From assembly GCA_963789265.1 (NCBI GenBank), contig CAWBKB010000001.1, forward strand, positions 224,001-288,000: DNA of 64,000 nucleotides. Reading direction: 5' to 3'. Shown one piece after another: positions 51,223 through 59,762 of this stretch. Within the stretch, counting starts at the first letter, position 1. Every line of letters starts with the position of its first letter. Below the pieces are notes generated by a model. It saw only the letters and a list, made by a program, of their open reading frames with translations. It ran no database searches and was not told where the DNA came from. This DNA comes from an uncultured delta proteobacterium (GTDB taxonomy: Bacteria; Desulfobacterota; Desulfomonilia; Desulfomonilales; Desulfomonilaceae). Position numbers and translations under genes: made by a program.

Positions 51223-51510
51223 TTAGTTTTCCTGGGAGACCGATTTCCTCTCGTACCGGATATACGTGTACACCATCGGTATGAATGTGCACGCGGCAAG
51301 AATCAAGCCGAAGACAATGTCTCTCTGGAGTCCAAGCTGCACGTAAGACGCTCGTCCAATCGGATTGCTTAGATAGCTCACCATTCTTAACAGGACGAGG
51401 ACGAAAGGGATCCCGAAAAAGATCGAACACAGGATGCTCACTACGTTGAATAATTGTTTTGCCTCATGCACATCGTCGCAGTGAGCTGAAGGCAGGCAAC
51501 TTACTCTCAT
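51223..51510 (-). CDS. Small two-TM membrane protein
   Basis: AAGGAGG RBS before ATG 51510; two hydrophobic stretches. Confidence 0.5.
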   Translation of the reverse strand: MRVSCLPSAHCDDVHEAKQLFNVVSILCSIFFGIPFVLVLLRMVSYLSNPIGRASYVQLGLQRDIVFGLILAACTFIPMVYTYIRYERKSVSQEN

Positions 51511-51718
51511 TGCTTCAGCCTCCTTTCTAGTATTTGCAATTAAAATAGGCACCGAATTCGATTTTTCCAAGAGGAGGAAGCCACTCCGCTCGAAGAAATA
51601 ATACCGCACCCCGTCGGTCCGTTGATTAGACCCAAATACTTTACCGCTGCCCTGATAAGTGGTACACATCCGGAAACAAGTCATAGGAAATGGCGTTTCT
51701 TGACTGCGACTTTGTACC

Positions 51719-52622
51719 ATGCGAGGCAGACTGACAGAAAATGGTGAACAGGTGAACCGCGAAGAGGAAAGCAAATTGCCGGATAGCGCGGAAAGGTCCG
51801 GTAAATCTGATAATACTGGATATCGAGAGATTATTTTTGAACAGAAAGGCAATATTGCAGTCCTGACATTGAATCGCCCTGATATTCGGAATGCTTTCAC
51901 TCATCAGGAGATGATCGACGAAATCGTCGACGCGTGCCAAAGGGTGCAGGATGCCGAGTCAGTGAGCGTGCTCGTGGTTACGGGCGCCGGCGCCGCCTTT
52001 TCGGCCGGCGGCAACGTTAAGGACATGTACAAGAAAGAGGGCATGTTCTCGGGGGACCCCAATGACGTTCGGCAGAACTACCGCAAAGGGATCCAGCGAG
52101 TTACCCTGGCATTCCAGCGCCTCGATGTGCCGGCCATTGCTGCGGTGAACGGCCCGGCCATGGGCGCGGGCTGCGATCTTACCTGCATGTGCGACATACG
52201 TATTGCCAGTGAGAAGGCGCGTTTCGGAGAGACCTTTGTGTCGGTAGGATTGATTCCCGGGGATGGCGGGGCGTTTCTTGCTGCCTCGGATCGTCGGGTT
52301 CTCCAAAGCCTTGGAATTGGCTTTCACTTGCCGCGTGATTGACGCTGCCGAGGCACTGCATATCGGCCTTGTAAGCGAAGTGACGCCACCGGAAACGCTG
52401 ATGGAGCGTGCAATGGAAGTTGCGGCTGAGATTGCCCAGCACCCGGCACGAATACTCCGTCTGGCCAAGCGGCTATTCTATCTCTCCCAGGGGAGGAGCC
52501 TGGAAGAGACGCTGGAACTCTCCTGCTCATTCCAGGCCCTGTGCCACCATAGTCCCGAACACATGGCCGCCCTGGAGGCGTTTTTTGCTAAGCAACGAAG
52601 TCGGAGCAAGCTCAAGGATTGA
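51719..52622 (+). CDS. Enoyl-CoA hydratase/crotonase-family protein; frameshift near 52275
   Basis: LTLNRPD.RNA, AFSAGG, IAAVNGPAMGAG, CDIRIAS..ARFGE, GLIPGDGG, then LPRIVG in the next frame. Confidence 0.9.
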
Positions 52623-52836
52623 GGTCGCCTAGCATGTGGTGAACCTCGCGTGCCCTGGGATTCACCACATCCGGGCTGACGCGCGGCGGCCCCAATTTAC
52701 GTTGATGGGAACGTCCCGCGAGGAGCGAGACAGCCTGTCGCTGATGGACGGGCAGGATGCCCGTGGCCACTGTTAGATGACCATCGCCTCCAAGTCATTT
52801 TCTTTCGGAACTGTTCACTTGACGCAGAGGCTGGAC

Positions 52837-52914
52837 TGTCATTGCGAGCGGAGCGAAGCAATCTTTTCCTCCAACCTCCTAGATTGCTTCGTCGTTTCAC
52901 TCCTCGCAATGCCA
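52837..52914. repeat. GTCATTGCGAG REP-like doublet
   Basis: TGTCATTGCGAGCGGAGCGAAGCAATCT ... AGATTGCTTCGTCGTTTCACTCCTCGCAATG; the second arm is identical to 19200-19230. Confidence 0.8.
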
Positions 52915-53004
52915 GGGTGCCAACGGCTCCCCCTAGTAACTGAATACTTATCCAGAAGAGCAAATTTTTGTTGACAACTTAATCTGGACTCCTGTATTTT
53001 TATC

Positions 53005-53028
53005 TAGACCGACCGGTCAATCCACAAC
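53005..53028 (+). promoter_or_regulatory. Putative TetR operator 1
   Basis: TAGACCGACCGGTCAATCCACAAC, downstream of TTGACA (52971) and just before tetR. Confidence 0.65.
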
Positions 53029-53039
53029 GGAAAGATACC

Positions 53040-53648
53040 ATGCGCGATTCCGCCGTAAGTGACGTCAAGGAAACCATTATCAGGGAAAGCACCAGGCTGT
53101 TCCTTGCCAACGGCTTCCGAGGCACGTCCGTCAAACAGATTACCGAAGCGGCTGGAATTGGGAGAGGCACCCTCTACTGGTATTTTAAGAGTAAAGACGA
53201 CATCTTAAAGAGTGTATTCACAAAATTCGAACACGAGTTCCTGGAGGGACTTATGGAAGCCGTGCGCGGCTGCAACGGCGATTTCATGGTGAAATACAAG
53301 GTACTTCACAAATTTTCCTCAGAATTTGCTCGGGACAACCGAGACCTGTCCTTGGCCTTCAATGCTCTTCTCAATGAGATCGTGGGAACCAACACCGGAT
53401 GCGAGGTTGTGGCTAGGGCTATATGGGAACGATTCCGGGGTTTTTTCGAGGAAATGCTGAGAGATGGGAAGCGGGAAGGCACGGTGGGTGCGGAGATAGA
53501 CCCGGCGATCTACTCTCATATCATGGTGGCAAGCCATACAGGGATGCTTGTCCAGTGGTTTGTCAATGGAGAGGAACTCGATGCCCCTACGTTTGTAAGA
53601 ACATTTCGGGACTTCCTTTTGAAGGGTCTTACGGGAAGGGAGCGATAG
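53040..53648 (+). CDS. TetR/AcrR-family regulator
   Basis: LFLANGFRGTSVKQITEAAGIGRGTLYWYFKSKDDIL HTH. Confidence 0.92.
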   Translation: MRDSAVSDVKETIIRESTRLFLANGFRGTSVKQITEAAGIGRGTLYWYFKSKDDILKSVFTKFEHEFLEGLMEAVRGCNGDFMVKYKVLHKFSSEFARDNRDLSLAFNALLNEIVGTNTGCEVVARAIWERFRGFFEEMLRDGKREGTVGAEIDPAIYSHIMVASHTGMLVQWFVNGEELDAPTFVRTFRDFLLKGLTGRER

Positions 53649-53665
53649 TTTTTTTTGGATCGGGC

Positions 53666-53689
53666 TTGACTGATCGGTCAGTCCACAAC
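53666..53689 (+). promoter_or_regulatory. Putative TetR operator 2
   Basis: TTGACTGATCGGTCAGTCCACAAC, 20/24 identical to operator 1, before the catabolic operon. Confidence 0.65.
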
Positions 53690-53712
53690 CGCGTATAGAA
53701 AGGAACTCTAGA

Positions 53713-55203
53713 ATGGCCCTCAAAACACCTCAAGAATACATTGAGAGCCTCAAAGACGGCAGAGTTGTTTACTGCGATGGTGAAAAGGTGCCGGACGTAA
53801 CGACACATCCGATCCTTAAGAGCTGCCGTGATTGGATGGCAATGGATTATATCCTAAATCAGGATACCCGCTATCAGGAGCTTCTAACGGAAAAGAACGA
53901 GGACGGCGAACGAGTCAGTTTTGCGCTGATGCCCCAGCGGACGCGAGAGGACCTGTTAAGGCTTCGCGAGATGGTAAAGCTGTGGGCCAGGGTTTGTTTC
54001 GGAAAACCCTCCGGGGCAAAGTTTGTCGCTAAAGATGGTCTGAATGCTGTGACGGTGGTCAGTCCCAGAGTCGACAAGAAGTGTGGGACCCATTATGCCG
54101 AAAATGTGGCAGCATATCGAAGATATCTGCAAAAGAACGATCTTTCTTTCGCAATGGGCTTGACCGATGTCAAGGGTGACAGAAGCCTCCGTCCTTCGCA
54201 GCAGAAGCAACACCAGGATTTTTACGTGCGGATTGTGGAAGAGCGCAAAGACGGAGTAATCGTGAGGGGCGCAAAGACCCACATCAGCCAGGCACCTCTC
54301 TGTAACGAAATATTGGTCGCACCCTGCAGGGCCATGAAAGAGGAGGACAAAGCCTATGCCGTGGCCTTTGGGGTCCCGGTTAATGCCAAAGGGTTGACGC
54401 TCATCTCTGCCGAACCCGAAGTCAAGGAGGGGGCGAGCCTTTTCGATCATCCCATTTCCGGCAGTATTTTTATCAACGATGCCACAATTATTTTTGACGA
54501 CGTCTTTATCCCCAGCGAGCGGCTCTTTTTGAAAGGGGAGTGGGAATTCGCGGGCCAGGTTGCGCACATGTTTGCCAATTTTCATCGCCTAAGCGCCGAG
54601 ACCTACAAAGCAATGGAGCTCGAGCTGTTTACCGGGGCCGCTTCCCTGATGGCCGAATACAACGGCATAGAGAAGGTGGCCCATGTACGTGACAAGTTAA
54701 CCTGGCTGGCCATGTATACAGAAGCTGTGGAAGTGCTGGGAAGGGCGGCAGTTGAGCACTGCAGTAGCGAAAAGGACTCGGAGCTTGTTTACCCCAATCC
54801 GATGATTGCCAATATCTGCAAGTTCCACTTTGCCGACAACTGGCACCAGGCCACGAAATATATTCAGGATATTGCCGGAGGGATTGTGGCGACTTGTCCG
54901 TCTTCCAAAGACTACTTCAATCCCGAAACTCAGGCCCTGCTGGATAAGTATTTGGGTGGAAAGGATGGAATACCCACAGAAGACAGGCTTCGAATGGTGA
55001 AGCTCGTCAGGGATCTGACCTCTTCGTATGAAGATGTCCTCACCATTCATGCTGAGGGGTCCTTGGAGGCTCAGAAACTTTCCATCCTTGCTCTGGCCGA
55101 TTTCGACCGGTACCAGGCAGCAGCCAAGAGGGCAGCCAGGGTGGGGAACAACAAAGGACATCCTATTTTTAGTGAACTGCCCGCTTTTCCTCCAGAGCTA
55201 TAG
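53713..55203 (+). CDS. 4-hydroxybutyryl-CoA dehydratase / HpaB-family flavoprotein (divergent)
   Basis: EYIESLKDGR.VY..GE.V.DVTTHP, TDVKGDRS.RP, GVIVRGAK.H, FDDVFIP.ER.F, H.EGS. Confidence 0.85.
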   Translation: MALKTPQEYIESLKDGRVVYCDGEKVPDVTTHPILKSCRDWMAMDYILNQDTRYQELLTEKNEDGERVSFALMPQRTREDLLRLREMVKLWARVCFGKPSGAKFVAKDGLNAVTVVSPRVDKKCGTHYAENVAAYRRYLQKNDLSFAMGLTDVKGDRSLRPSQQKQHQDFYVRIVEERKDGVIVRGAKTHISQAPLCNEILVAPCRAMKEEDKAYAVAFGVPVNAKGLTLISAEPEVKEGASLFDHPISGSIFINDATIIFDDVFIPSERLFLKGEWEFAGQVAHMFANFHRLSAETYKAMELELFTGAASLMAEYNGIEKVAHVRDKLTWLAMYTEAVEVLGRAAVEHCSSEKDSELVYPNPMIANICKFHFADNWHQATKYIQDIAGGIVATCPSSKDYFNPETQALLDKYLGGKDGIPTEDRLRMVKLVRDLTSSYEDVLTIHAEGSLEAQKLSILALADFDRYQAAAKRAARVGNNKGHPIFSELPAFPPEL

Positions 55204-55271
55204 GGAAAGTTGGTTGAAAACGGGATGAAATGGGATCTTTAGCTGTAAAAGTACATCAGGGACTAGGGGAC

Positions 55272-55444
55272 GAGTGACACCGTGCTTTTAGTGGGACAGG
55301 CATCTTGCCTGTCGTCATGCCCGCGTACGCGGGCATCCAGACTGGACCCCGGATCGAAGTCCGGGGTGACGAATGGCAGGCAGGATGCCTGCCCCACCTT
55401 ATCCTCGCCGGGATTGTACTTGTTTGATGGCGCACTGGTAATAG
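55272..55444 (-). mobile_element. MITE family A, copy 5 (one end eroded)
   Basis: AGTGACACCGTG...GTCCGGGGTGACGAATGGCAGGCAG...TTGTTTGATGGCGCACTGGTAAT matches copy 1 in reverse complement. Confidence 0.7.
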
Positions 55445-55478
55445 TGCTCCATTTCCAAAAAGTACGGTGCCAATTGCA

Positions 55479-55540
55479 CGGTAGCGCCGGCCTCCGTGCC
55501 GGAGGTTTCGGAGTGACCGGCACGGAGGCCGGCGCTACCG
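55479..55540. repeat. GTAG-type REP doublet (perfect 24-bp inverted repeat)
   Basis: CGGTAGCGCCGGCCTCCGTGCCGG-N14-CCGGCACGGAGGCCGGCGCTACCG. Confidence 0.8.
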
Positions 55541-55668
55541 GAACAAGATTCCGGACACACGCAACCAGCACATCGGAATACGAGACCGAATTTGAGTATG
55601 AGAGCGCTTAAACAATGCGTTTTCCCCGATTGGAATCGGGAGATGGCTCGGTCGAAAGGAGGTCGATC

Positions 55669-57327
55669 ATGGGAAAAAGATGGTACAAGGTATGGCCCTC
55701 CTGGGTTCCCAAGACCTTTGTAGTGGATAAGCCCGCATCCGAATATATACGGGAATGGGCGGCATTGACCCCTGAACGGATAGGCCTCAGTTTTTACGGC
55801 CGGGACATTACCTATCGGGAACTCGATCAATCGATCGATGCTATAGCCTGGGGCCTGGCCGATCTGGGCGTTAAGAAGGGGGACCGTGTGGCTGTTCACA
55901 TGGAAAATTGCCCTCAGTTTGTCATGGCCTATTTCGGGATACAAAGGGCCGGCGGAGTGGTCGTTCCAGTCAACCCCATGTTCAAGCAGACCGAACTGGA
56001 ACATGAACTGAACGACGCAGGGACAGGGATCTTGTTCGGTCTTGATTCTCTTTATCCCGAAGTGGAAAAGATAAGGTCCCGTACGCCACTGAGAAATGTC
56101 ATCCTTACTTCCCTTGATGCATATCTTCCGGAAAAGCCCATGCTGGCCGTACCACCGGAGGTCGGAACGGGCGACCGATCTTTTCCCGATACCCTTTCCT
56201 TCGAGACTTTCATCCGGAAATCCACACCCCGGCCCCTCTCCCTTGTGGCTGATTTGAGAAAAGAACTGGCAGTTTTGCAGTATACCGGAGGGACCACCGG
56301 CATACCTAAAGGAGCGATGATCAGCCATTATGCCTTAAGCGCGGCCACTTTCGTGTCTTTGTATTGGTACCACCATCGGGAAGACGATGTGTTCATGGGA
56401 GTGGCGCCCTTCTTCCACGTAATGGGCCAGATAAACCTGATGTGCACTCCCCTGGCGTCCGGTGCTCAGGTCGTTATTTTGTCTCGCTTTGTTCCGGAGG
56501 TGCTGGCGCAGGCTGTTGCTCATTACCGATGCACTTATTGGGTAGGAGCTACCCCTATGGTGATTGCTTTGCTCAATCTCCCCAATCTCAAAGATTACGA
56601 CTTAAGCTCCCTGCGGTGCCTCTGGACCGGTGGAGCCCCAATTTCCACCGAGCTCCAGAGGAAATTAAAGGACCTTTTGCCCAATACGGTCGTGGGCGAG
56701 GGATACGGGATGACTGAGACCATGTCCTCGGGCGGCACTTGCACGCCGCTTTTCCGCTACAAGCCGGGCTTCGTGGGCATCCCCGAGCCCAATGTAGACA
56801 TGAAAATCGTCGATCAAGAAACCGGAACAAAGGAGCTGGGGGAAAACAAGGAGGGAGAGATCATTATCAAAGCCGACTCCATGATGCTCGGCTACTGGAA
56901 CAGGCCGGAGGAGACCGAGCAAGTCTTGAAAGACGGCTGGCTTCATACAGGAGACATAGGTCTCATGGATGAGGAAGGCTACCTCAAGTTTCTGGGAAGA
57001 ACACGAGAATTAATCAAATGCTCCGGCTTCAGTGTCTTCCCGGCCGAGGTGGAGGATCTTCTTTACCGACATCCGGCTGTTAAGGAAGCCGCGATCATAG
57101 GGGTAAACGACCCCTACAGAGGAGAGACACCCAAAGCCTTCATCGTTCTGAAAGAGGAGTATGCCGCCGAAATCAAGGAAGAAGAGATTCTGGAGTGGTG
57201 CAAAGACAACATGGCGGCTTACAAACGTCCGCGTATCGTAGAGTTCAGACAGGATTTGCCCAAAAGCGCCGCAGGAAAGTTACTCAGGCGGATTTTGGCC
57301 CAAGAAGAAATGGAGAAGCAAGCTTGA
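55669..57327 (+). CDS. Long-chain-type acyl-CoA ligase
   Basis: QYTGGTTGIPKG, EGYGMTE, GWLHTGDIG, LPKSAAGK; AGGAGG RBS. Confidence 0.92.
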   Translation: MGKRWYKVWPSWVPKTFVVDKPASEYIREWAALTPERIGLSFYGRDITYRELDQSIDAIAWGLADLGVKKGDRVAVHMENCPQFVMAYFGIQRAGGVVVPVNPMFKQTELEHELNDAGTGILFGLDSLYPEVEKIRSRTPLRNVILTSLDAYLPEKPMLAVPPEVGTGDRSFPDTLSFETFIRKSTPRPLSLVADLRKELAVLQYTGGTTGIPKGAMISHYALSAATFVSLYWYHHREDDVFMGVAPFFHVMGQINLMCTPLASGAQVVILSRFVPEVLAQAVAHYRCTYWVGATPMVIALLNLPNLKDYDLSSLRCLWTGGAPISTELQRKLKDLLPNTVVGEGYGMTETMSSGGTCTPLFRYKPGFVGIPEPNVDMKIVDQETGTKELGENKEGEIIIKADSMMLGYWNRPEETEQVLKDGWLHTGDIGLMDEEGYLKFLGRTRELIKCSGFSVFPAEVEDLLYRHPAVKEAAIIGVNDPYRGETPKAFIVLKEEYAAEIKEEEILEWCKDNMAAYKRPRIVEFRQDLPKSAAGKLLRRILAQEEMEKQA

Positions 57328-57377
57328 TTGAGTTACACCGACCAACTTGACGCCACTGAGCAAGAGGAGGCAGGCAA

Positions 57378-58355
57378 ATGAACCTTTCTGCAAACAATGG
57401 TCAGGTCATGACGGTCCTTGGCCCTATTTCAGCGGACGAATTGGGCGTAACCCTGGTTCATGAGCACATGGCATTCGGGTTTCCGGGTTGGTCTGCCGAT
57501 GAAACCATGGCGCCCTACGATCCGGAAGCCATTGAAGCCAAGTGCTTAAGTATCTTAAAAGATGTGAAAGCAGTGGGAGTTAAGTCCATAATCGATGCCA
57601 CCCCTTGCGACGTAGGCGGCCGCGACCCGGCGATCTTGAAGAATCTCGCCGAGAAATCCGGAGTCCACATCATTGCGACCACCGGGTTGTACTATGAAAA
57701 GGATGGAGGGTCTTCCTATTTCAAGTGGCTCCAGTTCGCTCAGCGGGATGTAGAGCAGGACATCTACGAGTTATTCAAACAGGAAATCACCGCAGGCATT
57801 GGAAAAACAGGGGTAAAGCCCGGCGTTATCAAGGTGTCCACCGACGATCCATCGATCAGCGAATACGAACAGATGGTAGCCAGGGCCGCAGTACGGGCGG
57901 CCAACGAGACCGGGGTCCCGATCATTACCCATTGTCAGGGCAACGCAGTGGGGCCGGTTCAACAGGACCTGTTCCTTCGACTGGGTGCAAATCCCAAAAA
58001 GATCATGATCGGTCACCAAAACAACTCCCTTGATGTCGATTACCACCTCTTCCAACTGCAAAAGCCGGACTTTTTCATCGCCTTTGATCGCACCGGCAGC
58101 ATCAATGACCCCAAGGCTGAAGACTGTCTCATCGAGCTGATAAGGAAAGGCCATGCCGACAGGCTGATGATTTCTCATGATTCCATCGGCGTCTGGCTTG
58201 GAAGAGCGATTGACTTAGGGCCGAAGGCCGCCGAGTGGTACCCGACCTACATTCACAAAAGACTGATCCCGAAGATGAAAGCGGCCGGAGTGACCGACGG
58301 TCAAATTCAGACGATGCTGGTAGACAATCCGCGGCGCCTATTTGCAGGAGAATGA
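57378..58355 (+). CDS. Phosphotriesterase-family lactonase/hydrolase
   Basis: MTVLGPI, HEH, GRD, VIK (carboxy-Lys), ITH, IGH, SHD, NPRRLF. Confidence 0.9.
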   Translation: MNLSANNGQVMTVLGPISADELGVTLVHEHMAFGFPGWSADETMAPYDPEAIEAKCLSILKDVKAVGVKSIIDATPCDVGGRDPAILKNLAEKSGVHIIATTGLYYEKDGGSSYFKWLQFAQRDVEQDIYELFKQEITAGIGKTGVKPGVIKVSTDDPSISEYEQMVARAAVRAANETGVPIITHCQGNAVGPVQQDLFLRLGANPKKIMIGHQNNSLDVDYHLFQLQKPDFFIAFDRTGSINDPKAEDCLIELIRKGHADRLMISHDSIGVWLGRAIDLGPKAAEWYPTYIHKRLIPKMKAAGVTDGQIQTMLVDNPRRLFAGE

Positions 58356-58443
58356 TCGAGGAAGTGATGTAACGGAAGGCACTCTGGCGCAGGCAGGCCA
58401 AGGTTACCATTAGGTCAGATTCTTATCCCAAAGGAGGCTCAGA

Positions 58444-59664
58444 ATGAATCGAAAGAGGTCATTATCGGCTTCAAGTATGGTTTCGATCCTCGTAGCATGT
58501 CTGTTCATTTTTTCGGCTTGGGGCCCAGAGGCTGGGGCAGCTCAGGCAAAGAAATTGAAGATCGGCATGATCGCCTGCCTGACAGGTTTTTTCTCGCCTA
58601 ATGACGTGCCCGGTGCGCATGAGGCACAAATGACTGCCGACATGATAAACGAGCAGGGCGGGATCACCGTCAAAGGTCAAAAGTACAAGCTGGAGATTAT
58701 TGTCGAGGACGCAAAGAGTACGCTCGACGGAGTCACCGCCGCGGCTAACCGGCTGGTCTATGATGAAGGAGTGAAACTGATTCTTGGCCCCGCAGGTTTC
58801 TTTTCTGCCGCATCGTCACCCGTTACAACCCCGAACAAGGTGCTCAACATAATAAGCTTCTCCACGGGCCAGCCGGGGGAATTGGACAAGACGACACCAT
58901 ATACCTTTCAGGCTTACGACGGCACGGCAGCGAGCTTCGGCGCGGGTATCAGCTACGTCAAAATGCACTTCCCAAAAATAAAGAAGGTCGCCATCGTTAC
59001 CGCGGACGATGGATCTGCCCAGTACCTCAAGCCCGTATTCCAAAAAACGTTGGAATCTGCCGGGATGAAGATGGCAGCCGATCCTGTCCTTTTTCCTAAC
59101 CAAATGCAAGATTACAGCCCTATAGCGGCGAAGCTCAATGCAATCAAAGACGCAGACGCGATTGGGGTAGGGCTGGCTCTGCCAAATACTGTTGGTGCAA
59201 TAGTCAAAGGTCTGAGGGAATTGGGCAACAAGAAGCTTGTCTTTATGGGGGTCGTGTGCCCCTGCTCGGTGGTGGCACAGATCGCTGGTCCCGAAGCAGC
59301 CGCTCATGTGGTTCTAAGCAGCGTCACTCCTAACGATCCGGGCAACCCGCCCTTGATGAACAAAATAAGCGAGAGACTCATCGCCAAGTATGGAGCAAAT
59401 ACGCCGGTCTATCTTCAGAGTGCCAACTCGCTTTGGGTCTTGAAGCAGGTTATTGAAGCGGCTCAGAGCATTGAAACGGATGCGATAAAGGCGAAATGGG
59501 AGTCCACGGACAAGGTGGAGACGTTCTTTGGAACCGGAATGGTGTGCGGAAATGCAACCACCGGGATCAAGCATCACGTGGTCACGCACCCATTGCCTTT
59601 TCAGACCGTGAAAAACGGCAAAGTAGTCTCGGCTGGGTTCTCAGGCGACGTGGTCCTGCCATAG
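58444..59664 (+). CDS. Liv/HAAT-type ABC substrate-binding protein
   Basis: Signal peptide, LKIG....LTG, INEQGGI.V.G, LIVED, V..ILGP. Confidence 0.85.
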   Translation: MNRKRSLSASSMVSILVACLFIFSAWGPEAGAAQAKKLKIGMIACLTGFFSPNDVPGAHEAQMTADMINEQGGITVKGQKYKLEIIVEDAKSTLDGVTAAANRLVYDEGVKLILGPAGFFSAASSPVTTPNKVLNIISFSTGQPGELDKTTPYTFQAYDGTAASFGAGISYVKMHFPKIKKVAIVTADDGSAQYLKPVFQKTLESAGMKMAADPVLFPNQMQDYSPIAAKLNAIKDADAIGVGLALPNTVGAIVKGLRELGNKKLVFMGVVCPCSVVAQIAGPEAAAHVVLSSVTPNDPGNPPLMNKISERLIAKYGANTPVYLQSANSLWVLKQVIEAAQSIETDAIKAKWESTDKVETFFGTGMVCGNATTGIKHHVVTHPLPFQTVKNGKVVSAGFSGDVVLP

Positions 59665-59762
59665 TCAACCGGTCAGGTTAGCCCGCCGACTCAAGTAAAG
59701 CTGTGCCACGGCGCCCTCCTCGACGGCCGGCTGACCTGACAAAGATCCGGAACGGATTAGAC

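Noticed and set aside
10281..55540. Dispersed palindromic repeats as a CRISPR array
   Set aside because: No regularly spaced direct repeats with unique spacers, and no cas genes.
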